DNA of 64,000 nucleotides from Thermoanaerobaculia bacterium (GCA_039918595.1 JBDSHF010000028.1:5370-69369), one strand, 5' to 3'; positions 1-7,594 are shown, counted from the first letter of the stretch. Program-made: numbers and translations. Notes: generated by a model from the letters alone, not told the origin.

Positions 1-410
1 GGGCCGCACTGCTTGGCACCGTACTTAGTGCCGCTGTTGCAGGAGGTCTTCGCCGACGCTGAGAAGTCGATAGGCAGCGAGATGGTGGAGTCGTCGGTGA
101 AGCGCACTTTCACGTCGAGCGGTGCGGCGGACTGCGACCACTGCGTACCGACCGGGATGGCGACCGAGCCGTCCTTTAGGTCCAGGGCGCCTTGGAGCAC
201 CCGGTCGTCGAGCACCTGATCGCCAACCCGGACTTCGAGGATCTCACTCCGCCGGGCACCGGCGACGTAGATAGTCAGCTCGCCGTTGGAGAACTCCCAG
301 GCGATGCCGTGGCCGTGGTCTTCCGCCTGTGCGGCGACCGGGGCGAGGAGGGAAACTATGGCGAAAAGTGCAACTGTGAGGAGCAGGGTGTGCTGTTTTG
401 TAAAGTTCAC
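1..410 (-). CDS. secreted hypothetical protein, N-terminal part (3' end beyond window)
   Basis: Not in ORF track because it is open at the left edge. GTG at 410 is preceded by AAGGAGG (reverse complement of 418-424). Translation VNFTKQHTLLLTVALFAIVSLLAPVAAQA... looks like a signal peptide. The frame stays open to position 1. Confidence 0.55.
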   Translation of the reverse strand, partial: MNFTKQHTLLLTVALFAIVSLLAPVAAQAEDHGHGIAWEFSNGELTIYVAGARRSEILEVRVGDQVLDDRVLQGALDLKDGSVAIPVGTQWSQSAAPLDVKVRFTDDSTISLPIDFSASAKTSCNSGTKYGAKQCG

Positions 411-496
411 TGTTAGCCTCCTTGGCTTCTTCAGCGTTTTGCATGTCTCTCGATCGAGTACACGTCGGGCTGCTTGGGACAAGGAGGGAGCGCGCT

Positions 497-525
497 TTGA
501 CAGAGAAAATCAAGGAGGTTATACT
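497..525 (+). promoter_or_regulatory. near-consensus sigma70-type promoter TTGACA-17-TATACT
   Basis: TTGACA at 497-502, 17-nt spacer, TATACT at 520-525. No convincing ORF downstream. Confidence 0.45.
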
Positions 526-529
526 TGTA

Positions 530-623
530 AGTGGCTTTCCTGAGCGTTCTTGTCTCCGCTAAAAGATTGGACGCTTTAGGAATCTGTCACAAGGGCGCTC
601 CCCAAGAGCGCCTTTTCTATTTT
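530..623 (+). ncRNA. candidate ~90-nt small RNA (promoter-to-terminator unit)
   Basis: Bounded by the promoter at 497-525 and an intrinsic terminator at 594-623. The only ORF (GTG 531) reads through both terminator stems. Confidence 0.3.
594..623 (+). terminator. intrinsic terminator
   Basis: Stem GGCGCTC (594-600) pairs with GAGCGCC (606-612), followed by TTTTCTATTTT. Confidence 0.55.
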
Positions 624-662
624 ACCTTCAGCATTTCCACCTCCTTATCCCCTAAATTGAAG

Positions 663-697
663 AAGGCCGCCTGAAGTTCGGGCGGCCTTTCTCATTT
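663..697 (+). terminator. second intrinsic terminator-like hairpin
   Basis: AAGGCCGCC (663-671) pairs with GGCGGCCTT (81-89 of the 66xx line, i.e. 681-689), followed by TCTCATTT. Confidence 0.45.
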
Positions 698-837
698 ACC
701 TCTGACCTAAGCCCCGCTCGCCACGGGGCAGCCGCGTTCCAGGTCTCAGAGGCGCTCTTCTCATATGGCTGGAGAGTACAACCGATCCAATCAAGCTGTC
801 AAGCAAGGTAAGTCGCCATGGCCATCTCTCGGAGTGA

Positions 838-1115
838 CCAAAAACTTCCTATGAGAATTGGGAGCACGACAAACACGAACCGGAGTTCCGGTATTGGCCG
901 GAGATCATTGCCTTCTCCGGGTACGACCCAAGGCGCGAGCCCGAGACTCTCGCGCGAAGAACCCAGGCCACACGCAAGAAGCAAGGTCTCAGCGGGAGCT
1001 TGCCCGGCGTCTCGGGCTCGACCCTTCGACCATCACCGCTTGGGAAGCCGGGACGGTGAAGAGACCCTCCCCTCGGTTCGTCCGGCTATTTGAGGAGTAC
1101 GTGGAGAGTGCCTGA
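838..1115 (+). pseudogene. decayed XRE-family HTH regulator (5'-truncated and frameshifted)
   Basis: Frame A (838-~990) reads ..YENWEHDKHEPEFRYWPEIIAFSGYDPRREPETLARRTQATRKKQGLS. The frame of ORF 858..1115 continues SQRELARRLGLDPSTITAWEAGTVKRPSPRFVRLFEEYVESA. Together they make a typical HTH unit split near 988-993. No start codon for the first part. Confidence 0.5.
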
Positions 1116-1124
1116 AAACCACAA

Positions 1125-1151
1125 CCCCAGGAGTCACCTCCTGGGGTTTTT
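1125..1151. terminator. bidirectional intrinsic terminator between convergent genes
   Basis: CCCCAGGAG (1125-1133), loop TCAC, CTCCTGGGG (1138-1146), then T5. An A/T run on the other side serves the minus-strand gene. Confidence 0.6.
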
Positions 1152-1169
1152 GACTTGGCCTATAACGGC

Positions 1170-1400
1170 CTAGTGCTTGCTGTCCTTGGGAGGATTTGGA
1201 TCGTTCCCGTACGAGTCGGAATCCCTGATCGTGCCATCGCGCCGGTGGATGACCACCTCCGACCTCTGGTTGATCGCGATTTCCCTTGCCCTCGCGGCGG
1301 CTTCAGCTTGGGTGTCGTGAATCGACGTGACCTTCCCGTTGCCTTCGCCCCGAACTGCCCATTCTCCATCGTGGGGAACTACATGCTGGTCCTTGCCCAT
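1170..1400 (-). CDS. DUF2188-family small protein
   Basis: VVPHDGEWAVRGEG...THDTQAEAAARAREIA...VVIHRRDGTIRDSDSYGNDPNPPKD matches the recalled DUF2188 pattern. GAAGGAGG lies 8 nt upstream of the ATG. Confidence 0.7.
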   Translation of the reverse strand: MGKDQHVVPHDGEWAVRGEGNGKVTSIHDTQAEAAARAREIAINQRSEVVIHRRDGTIRDSDSYGNDPNPPKDSKH

Positions 1401-2159
1401 GGCGTTGGACCTCCTTCTACGTCAGCGGACGGCACTGACTTCTGATTGAGTAGGGGACCCCGTCCTGGTCCGATGCTGCTTACACTGCAACGATCCTATC
1501 AGGCTTGAAGAAGGAAAAGCAAGGAAAAACACAACATACGGTATCGATACCCTACCTGATACCCCATCTGTTGTGGATGTCGTGGGGGAGCTGGACACAC
1601 CGGGGCATCCCCTCTGGTAGGGGGGCGGCCGACAGGCCGTGAGGTGTTTGGGCACTAGTCCTGTTGTAGGCGCTGGCCGGCTCCGCTGCCTTATTCCCCC
1701 ACGCTTCCGCGCTCCCCCAGGTGGGACCGGGACGTTGCCCCTAAAACGCACCTCGAAAAGTGCGAGTGCTGGATCGACTACCAGCCCGTAGCCCGGATTT
1801 CGTGCAGCGAACAAAGGAGCCCCTCTCGGCTCCTACCGACGGTCGGCGGCTTCGACTCCCACGTCGGGGCTCTGCCACCCCGACTACCTCGCTCTTTTGG
1901 CGCCTCACGGCGGCGGGAAGAGAGCTGTGCTTGACCCCTAGACTGTGCCGTACCGCTTACGTCCAACTACTGCCCCCGAACCTACACCCTAAAAGACTGC
2001 GAGGTCAAGAGAAAACCACAAGATCTTGTGGCGGTGACCAGCGGAGTATGGATCTATAAGGGTAAGGCGATGCCTTGGCGGAAGGCATGCGGGAAGGCTT
2101 TAAGAAAGGTATCCTGCGGCCTACCAGTTACTTCGCTCCGATGAGCTAAGGAGAGGAAA

Positions 2160-2417
2160 ATGCACACCAGCAGCATTGTTAATAGTCTAGGGCTCGTCAT
2201 CAACATTATTGGTACTTTTTTCGTATGGAAGTATGCACTTCCAAAAACTTTAGACCCAAGCGGCGTACGCCTCCGCACTCGCTCAGGGCTTGATCCGGAA
2301 GGTCCAAGCGACGAGAAGCTGCTCTTCCGCTCTCGGAACGAGCTTGGTTTCAAGTTCCTCCTGTTTGGATTTTTCCTCCAGCTCGCCAGCAATTTCCTGC
2401 AACAGCTAGGTCACTGA
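2160..2417 (+). CDS. small membrane protein (two hydrophobic helices)
   Basis: AAGGAGAGG RBS before the ATG. Hydrophobic segments LGLVINIIGTFFVW and FKFLLFGFFLQLA. Preferred over the antisense ORF 2054..2392. Confidence 0.5.
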   Translation: MHTSSIVNSLGLVINIIGTFFVWKYALPKTLDPSGVRLRTRSGLDPEGPSDEKLLFRSRNELGFKFLLFGFFLQLASNFLQQLGH

Positions 2418-2691
2418 CCGACGACGGACCTTAGACAGATTTTGCCCGCCTCCAAGTACTCCTCACACTTGCGACCACTCCCGGTGAGGAAATCGCAGGG
2501 CTTGCCGATACCTCCATTTTCGATCGCTCCTTGTGTACGTCTCAAGGTAACTTGTTCTCTGCTAAGAAAATGTCTCTGACCTGCCGGCGATTAGTCGGCT
2601 CTCGACAAGTAGCGCACCATCCCTCCAAGCAGCGAGTCCCTCGTCGGCCATGGTGGCTTGCTAGGGCGATTCGCTGCGGAAGGGAGTCGCT

Positions 2692-2973
2692 ATGGCTGGG
2701 TTCCATGTCCGAAAGATCGCGGCCGCTCTGTCCCTCGCCCTTCTCCTTGGAGGCGTCCCCTGCCGAGGAGAGTCGCGAAGAAGTCGTCCGGGAACGACAC
2801 CTCGGCCGGGAGAGAGCATCCAAGAGGAAGTCTCGAGGATCTTCCGCCACGTGTTTGGAAGCATCTTCGAGAAGACCGGGAACACTCTCGACCCGAACGG
2901 AGGCACGCGGCCGACGGCTCCGCCAAGCGGGGCTTCCTCGGACACCGGCAACACGCTTGACCCGAACGGATAA
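2692..2973 (+). CDS. small secreted pro-peptide, family member 1 (two TGNTLDPNG units, one at the C-terminus)
   Basis: GGGAG RBS. Signal-peptide-like N-terminus MAGFHVRKIAAALSLALLLGG. Amphipathic EEVSRIFRHVFGSIFEK. Nonapeptide repeated at 2875-2901 and 2944-2970. Confidence 0.6.
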   Translation: MAGFHVRKIAAALSLALLLGGVPCRGESRRSRPGTTPRPGESIQEEVSRIFRHVFGSIFEKTGNTLDPNGGTRPTAPPSGASSDTGNTLDPNG

Positions 2974-3097
2974 CGAAACGCGGGGCGGGGCCTTCAGGGG
3001 CTCCGTCCCCTTTTTCCAGCATGTCACCTTCTTCTAGGTTACAACACCTTCTTTTCTAGGTACTATTCGCCTCACGAGAGAAAGGAGGGGGCACCCG

Positions 3098-4426
3098 GTG
3101 TCAAACATAGAGCACGAGCACCTGACGAGGGAGATGTTGGAGAGGTACTTCAGCACGACGCCAATTGAAGAAGTCAGCCACATGCTTCTGCATCTCCTCG
3201 CCGTCTGTCCCGAATGCCGGGAAGCGGGCGGGAGCATTCTTGCTGCCTACGAAGCGGGGGCGATCGGGATCCAGTTCTCCTCGGTCGATGTCGATCTCTT
3301 CGCGTCCAGAAGAGCCGCACGAGACCTTTGGGAGACTATCAAGCCGCTTTCCTCTGAGGACCAGCTCCGCCTGATCCGGACTGCTGACGAGTATGTAAGC
3401 TGGGGTCTTACTGAACTCCTATCGAGGGAGAGCAAGAAAGCGGGACCGCGGGACCCGTCCCGGGCGGTCGACCTCGCTTTGCTCGCCGTCGAGGTGGCAA
3501 AGCGCCTGGGCGAATGGCAGCCCTGCGAGAAGTACTGGCTCTATGAACTGCGCGCCTATGCCTTCGCCCACCTTGCGTCTGCGTACCGCATCTCGGGCAA
3601 CATGCGCGAAGCGGAGAAGGCCCAGAAGCGAGCCGACGGATGGTGGAAGGAAGGGGCGGCGAGCATGGGCGACATTCTGGGCTACGAGCCCGAGATCCTC
3701 TCCCTCAAGGCGTCTCTCCGGAAAGACCAGCGCCGCTTCGATGATGCGCTCGTGCTCCTGGACGAGGTTGTCGGGATCTACCTTGCCGGAGACCCCGAGA
3801 CCCAAGACCTGCACATGGCGGGGAGCACGTTCGTCCTCAAGGCGAAGACTTTCGAGGAAATGGGAAACCTCGAAGAGGCGCTTGCCTTCCTGCGAGAAGC
3901 TTCACCCTTGATTGACCCCGAGCGCGAGCCGCGACTCCTCCTCTGCGTGCAGCACAACCTCCTCGACTACCTCTCAAATCTTGGGCGCCCCGAGGACGCG
4001 AGAGCGATGCTTCCCAAGGTCTGGAAGCTCTCCCGGGAACTTGGAAACGAACTCGACATGGTCAGGCTTACCTGGACCGAGGGACTCATTCTAGCCGCGC
4101 TCAACGAGACTCTTCCGGCGGCAAAGCTTCTTCTCTCCGCCCGTGCCGAGTTCATCTCCCGAAACATGGGCTATGACGCTGCTCTCGTTTCTCTCAACCT
4201 TGCTCTCATCTACGCCAAAGAAGGCCGCGTCGCAGCGATCGCGGACCTCGCCCGGGAGATGGTCCCCATCTTCGACGCCCAGGATGTCCACCGCGAAGCG
4301 CTCGCCGCTCTCGCGGTCTTCCATCGAGCAGCGCTCCATGAGCACGCGACGGCCGAGCTCGTCGGGAAAGTCGCCCGCTATCTCGAAACGGCGAGAGGAA
4401 ATCCGGGGTTGAAGTTCGAGGAGTAG
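3098..4426 (+). CDS. cytoplasmic TPR protein with ZAS-like N-terminus (anti-sigma-like), island paralog P1
   Basis: GTG start with AAAGGAGGGGG RBS. N-terminal HLLAVCPEC. C-terminal block GYDAALVSLNLALIYAKEGR...EMVPIFDAQDVHREALAAL is shared with P2-P5. No TM segment. Confidence 0.7.
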   Translation: MSNIEHEHLTREMLERYFSTTPIEEVSHMLLHLLAVCPECREAGGSILAAYEAGAIGIQFSSVDVDLFASRRAARDLWETIKPLSSEDQLRLIRTADEYVSWGLTELLSRESKKAGPRDPSRAVDLALLAVEVAKRLGEWQPCEKYWLYELRAYAFAHLASAYRISGNMREAEKAQKRADGWWKEGAASMGDILGYEPEILSLKASLRKDQRRFDDALVLLDEVVGIYLAGDPETQDLHMAGSTFVLKAKTFEEMGNLEEALAFLREASPLIDPEREPRLLLCVQHNLLDYLSNLGRPEDARAMLPKVWKLSRELGNELDMVRLTWTEGLILAALNETLPAAKLLLSARAEFISRNMGYDAALVSLNLALIYAKEGRVAAIADLAREMVPIFDAQDVHREALAALAVFHRAALHEHATAELVGKVARYLETARGNPGLKFEE

Positions 4427-4439
4427 GGAGGACGGCAGG

Positions 4440-5069
4440 TCAGAGCACCTTGTCCGCCCAGAGGTATCGCTTGCCGAACGTGAAGCCATGCCGCTCCAGG
4501 AACCTGACGACCGAGCAGCGGGTCACTTCCCCGTCCGTATAGGCAAACCCCCCGACACTCAGGGTGCCGGGGGGAATCTGCCTGAAGAGAGTCGCCATAA
4601 GCTGCGTTGCCACACCCGCGCCCCGGTACTCCCCGATCACCCCGAGGTGCCAGATGTAGACGGTCGGCCCCTCGACGGTCGCATGAACGAATCCCCAGAG
4701 GCGGCGGGCATTCTCGGCAAGGAGGGAGATCGCATTCGGCGCGAAGAGGCGCCGGCCAAACTCTATCTCTCCCATAAAGCCGGAAAGCGAACTTGCCTGC
4801 AACTCGGGAATTCGGAGGGCGAGCCGATAGACCCACCCGAGATCAGCCGGCTCGACCCGGCGGACCTTTACGCCGAGGATGACGTGCTTCTGCGTTTGCC
4901 TGAGGTACGCTTCGTCGGCGATGTCCGCGAGCCGTTCGACCTCACGGCCACCAACAACGGAGAGCCAGTCCCCGACAGAGTCGAAACCGGTGTGCTTTGC
5001 CGTGCGCTCCCAAGCCGCGCTCTGCTCATCGTCCACCTTGACCGTGTAGGTCCTGAGCTTCCGTGCCAT
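4440..5069 (-). CDS. RHH-like domain fused to GNAT acetyltransferase
   Basis: C-terminal GNAT motif A: IWHLGVIGEYRGAGVATQLM ... RFLERHGF. N-terminal RTYTVKVDDEQSAAWERTAKHTGFDSVGDWL resembles a ribbon-helix-helix. Confidence 0.6.
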   Translation of the reverse strand: MARKLRTYTVKVDDEQSAAWERTAKHTGFDSVGDWLSVVGGREVERLADIADEAYLRQTQKHVILGVKVRRVEPADLGWVYRLALRIPELQASSLSGFMGEIEFGRRLFAPNAISLLAENARRLWGFVHATVEGPTVYIWHLGVIGEYRGAGVATQLMATLFRQIPPGTLSVGGFAYTDGEVTRCSVVRFLERHGFTFGKRYLWADKVL

Positions 5070-5260
5070 GAAACCTCTTCAAAAACGGAGTGTTTAGAGC
5101 TTCTTGCATCGGGGAGGCGGGGGCGATCCAGAGGGGCCATCCCCTCGCGGTTCACCGAGGCTCAGAGCGCCTTCTTCCGCTGTAGCGCAGATACGAGTCG
5201 AGAAGGAAAAGTCGTTTCCTGAAAGTCTCATTGCGTGCCGCAGAGTAGCAAAAATTACCG

Positions 5261-5289
5261 TTGCAAGGAAAGTCGAGATCGAGTAGAGT
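5261..5289 (+). promoter_or_regulatory. sigma70-type promoter TTGCAA-17-TAGAGT, probably giving a leaderless mRNA
   Basis: TTGCAA at 5261-5266, 17-nt spacer, TAGAGT at 5284-5289. The ATG at 5297 is only 8 nt downstream. Confidence 0.45.
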
Positions 5290-5296
5290 CGCGTCT

Positions 5297-5650
5297 ATGA
5301 GTGCCACTCCGCTTACGGACGCCCTTCTCCCGGACCTGGGACTGGCTTTTCGTTTCCTGCGGGAGCAACGACGAATGCAGCAAGCCGAACTCGCCCGGCG
5401 GGCGCATATAGGGAAGTCGCAGGTCTCCCTCTACGAGAACGGAAAGCAGGCGCCGAACTTGGAGACGATGCTCCGCCTTCTCGCCGCTCTCGAAGCGGAC
5501 TTCCATGACCTTCACAACGCCATCAAGATTGCCGGAGGGAAGCTCGATCAAGTGTGCTCCGGCATGCCGAATCGGGACGAGCAGGCGGCGGCTGAAAAGA
5601 TCGCCCAGGGCCTCGCGCTTCTCCTTCAGCTCCCCCGCAAATCGAACTAG
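5297..5650 (+). CDS. XRE-family HTH regulator
   Basis: FRFLREQRRMQQAELARRAHIGKSQVSLYENGKQAPNLETMLRLLAAL. Start moved to the ATG at 5297 within ORF 5261..5650. Confidence 0.7.
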   Translation: MSATPLTDALLPDLGLAFRFLREQRRMQQAELARRAHIGKSQVSLYENGKQAPNLETMLRLLAALEADFHDLHNAIKIAGGKLDQVCSGMPNRDEQAAAEKIAQGLALLLQLPRKSN

Positions 5651-5655
5651 CCGCT

Positions 5656-6033
5656 TCACGACAAACGCTCCACGGTCGAGAGGATCGTCTCAAGGAACTC
5701 CACGACGGCACTTCTGTGCCGAGGAAGGAGCGCCTGGAGGCGGAGCAGGGACCCGACGAGTTCCGTGTTCACGGAATCTCGCGCAGGCTCGCCGATGAGG
5801 CTCCCGAGAGTAATTCCAAATGCAAGCGAGAGCTGGTAGAGGGTATAGGTTCGAGGGAGCATGAGACCGGCCTCGTACCGCTCGACATAAGCGCGAGGAA
5901 GCCGGAGAACTGTCGCAAGATCCGCCTCGGTCCACCCTCGCTCAAGACGGAAGCTCCTGATTTTCGATCCGATGAGCGCGGCGAGATCGCGCCGCTTTCG
6001 AGGTGGAGGTATTTCTCGCATGCCCGAGATCAT
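5656..6033 (-). CDS. XRE-family HTH regulator
   Basis: IGSKIRSFRLERGWTEADLATVLRLPRAYVERYEAGLMLPRTYTLYQLSLAFG. Confidence 0.7.
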   Translation of the reverse strand: MISGMREIPPPRKRRDLAALIGSKIRSFRLERGWTEADLATVLRLPRAYVERYEAGLMLPRTYTLYQLSLAFGITLGSLIGEPARDSVNTELVGSLLRLQALLPRHRSAVVEFLETILSTVERLS

Positions 6034-6232
6034 CCCGGAAACGCCGCCCCCTTGTCAACCCATATGCCGCCTCTGAGGCGGCATATGGGAGACAGCCCTC
6101 CTTTTTTAGACCGCGCCATCGGTAGCGAAGAAGGGCGCCTAATCGCCGGATTACGTGCCACACTACCCGGCGAGATTATGGACCGGCATGCCGTGGCGGC
6201 TCGCCTGAGTTCCATGATCCTGCGAGGCGACT

Positions 6233-6502
6233 ATGACTAGACGGTCTTGTTTCGGAGGAGCGGTCATCGCATTGTCCCTACTCGTTTGGCTCGGAGGATC
6301 TCGTCCGGTGAACGCGTCGCCATTCACCGCGGCAAGCATCGCTGAGCGCGTTCAGGCAATCCTGCCCAACTCTTTGGAGCGGATGCTCGATGCGCTCTCC
6401 CGGCGAGAGCATCCCCGCCGGCCTCTCAAGTGCAGTGGCGGTATCGATCCGAACGGGAAGCCCAGTCCCGCGCCGCCACCTTGCACCGCCTGCGGTAGCT
6501 GA
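6233..6502 (+). CDS. small secreted pro-peptide, family member 2 (IDPNG motif)
   Basis: Signal peptide MTRRSCFGGAVIALSLLVWLGGSRPVNA|S. Helix ASIAERVQAILPNSLERMLDAL. GGIDPNGK at 6443-6457. Ends 60 nt upstream of TPR paralog P2. Confidence 0.55.
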   Translation: MTRRSCFGGAVIALSLLVWLGGSRPVNASPFTAASIAERVQAILPNSLERMLDALSRREHPRRPLKCSGGIDPNGKPSPAPPPCTACGS

Positions 6503-6561
6503 AACCTCGCTTCCCCAAGCCGCTCAAGAGATCGGCCTGGGGAAGCTTTTCCTTCAACTCC

Positions 6562-7590
6562 GTGCGAGAATACGACGCACCAGGGGGCATAGTGACGAAG
6601 GACTCTGACGAGCTTCAAGACATCGATCTTCTCCTAGAGGAGAGCCGGGCGCATCGCTTCAGCGATCCCGAGAGGGTCGTCTATCTCGCCGAGCTAGCGC
6701 GTGCGGCAGCCGACCGGCTTCAAGTCTCCGTTCACGGGCGCGCCGCGGTGGCTGACACGCGGGCAAAGGTCTGGACGGAACTGGCAAACGCCTATCGCCT
6801 GTCAGACGAGCTTGATCGGGCTGAAGAAGCGCTCGGCCGGGCAGTGCGTCACTTCGAGGAAGGCAGCCGGCACCCCGATCTTCTCGCTCGTATCGTCGAC
6901 CGCTTCGCTACGCTCCTTTGCTACCGCCGCCGTTTCGATGAGGCCCTCGCCCTGCTTGATCGCCTCGCATCCTTCTACCTCGCGAGAGGAGATCGCCATC
7001 TCGCCGGCAGGACCCTCGTCACCCGTGGTCTCTATACAGAGAACGCGGGCGAAGCTCTGCGGGCAATCGAATTCACCCGCCGGGGCCTTGAGCTTATCGA
7101 CCCGGCCCGAGATCCCCACCTTCTCCTCGCGGGGGTGCATAACCTCCTCTGGTGTGCAAGCGCCCTCGGGCGGTACGCCCTGATCGAGCGCCTAGTGCCC
7201 CGGGTTCGCTTCCTCTACGGAGACGACCGGCTGAACGTACTTCGCCTTGAGTGGGTGGAGGCGCGGGCAGCCTTCGGACTCGGTAGAGGAGAGGAGGCGG
7301 AACGGCTTTATGAGAAGGTCCGGGCCGGCTTTGCCGATGCCGGGCTCATCTTTCCTACCAGCCTCGTCTCTCTAGAGCTGGCTCTTGTCTGGTTGTCACG
7401 GGGGCGGACAAGTGAGGTCGCCCTGCTTGCGGGCGAGCTTGCGACCGCCTTCCAGGGACTGAAAGTCGGACGGGAGGTCATCGTATCGCTCCTCCTCCTT
7501 CGGCGGGCAATAGAAGAGGGGCGTGCCCTTGACGAGCTGGAGGGTAGGATTCGGTCTCTCGCGATCTCGATCCGCTCTCTGGAACGGTAG
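6562..7590 (+). CDS. TPR protein, island paralog P2 (lacks the ZAS-like N-terminal domain)
   Basis: Shares LIDPARDPHLLLAGVHNL, LNVLRLEWVEARAAFGLG and SLVSLELALVWLSRGR blocks with P1 and P3-P5. Start uncertain (GTG 6562 or a GTG near 6590). Confidence 0.6.
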   Translation: MREYDAPGGIVTKDSDELQDIDLLLEESRAHRFSDPERVVYLAELARAAADRLQVSVHGRAAVADTRAKVWTELANAYRLSDELDRAEEALGRAVRHFEEGSRHPDLLARIVDRFATLLCYRRRFDEALALLDRLASFYLARGDRHLAGRTLVTRGLYTENAGEALRAIEFTRRGLELIDPARDPHLLLAGVHNLLWCASALGRYALIERLVPRVRFLYGDDRLNVLRLEWVEARAAFGLGRGEEAERLYEKVRAGFADAGLIFPTSLVSLELALVWLSRGRTSEVALLAGELATAFQGLKVGREVIVSLLLLRRAIEEGRALDELEGRIRSLAISIRSLER

Positions 7591-7594
7591 CGCC

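Noticed and set aside
531-680. 49-codon ORF (GTG 531) with AAGGAGG 12 nt upstream.
   Set aside because: The RBS-like sequence lies inside the promoter spacer. The ORF runs through both terminator hairpins, and its product has no signal, TM or motif features. It is kept only as the alternative to the sRNA interpretation.
1835-1880. GGCTTCGACTCCC followed by ..CTGCCACC looked like a tRNA/tmRNA T-loop with a CCA end, which would fit an island attachment site.
   Set aside because: The flanking bases cannot form a 5-bp T-stem or a 7-bp acceptor stem with any upstream segment. No D- or anticodon arm and no tag-peptide reading frame is found on either strand.
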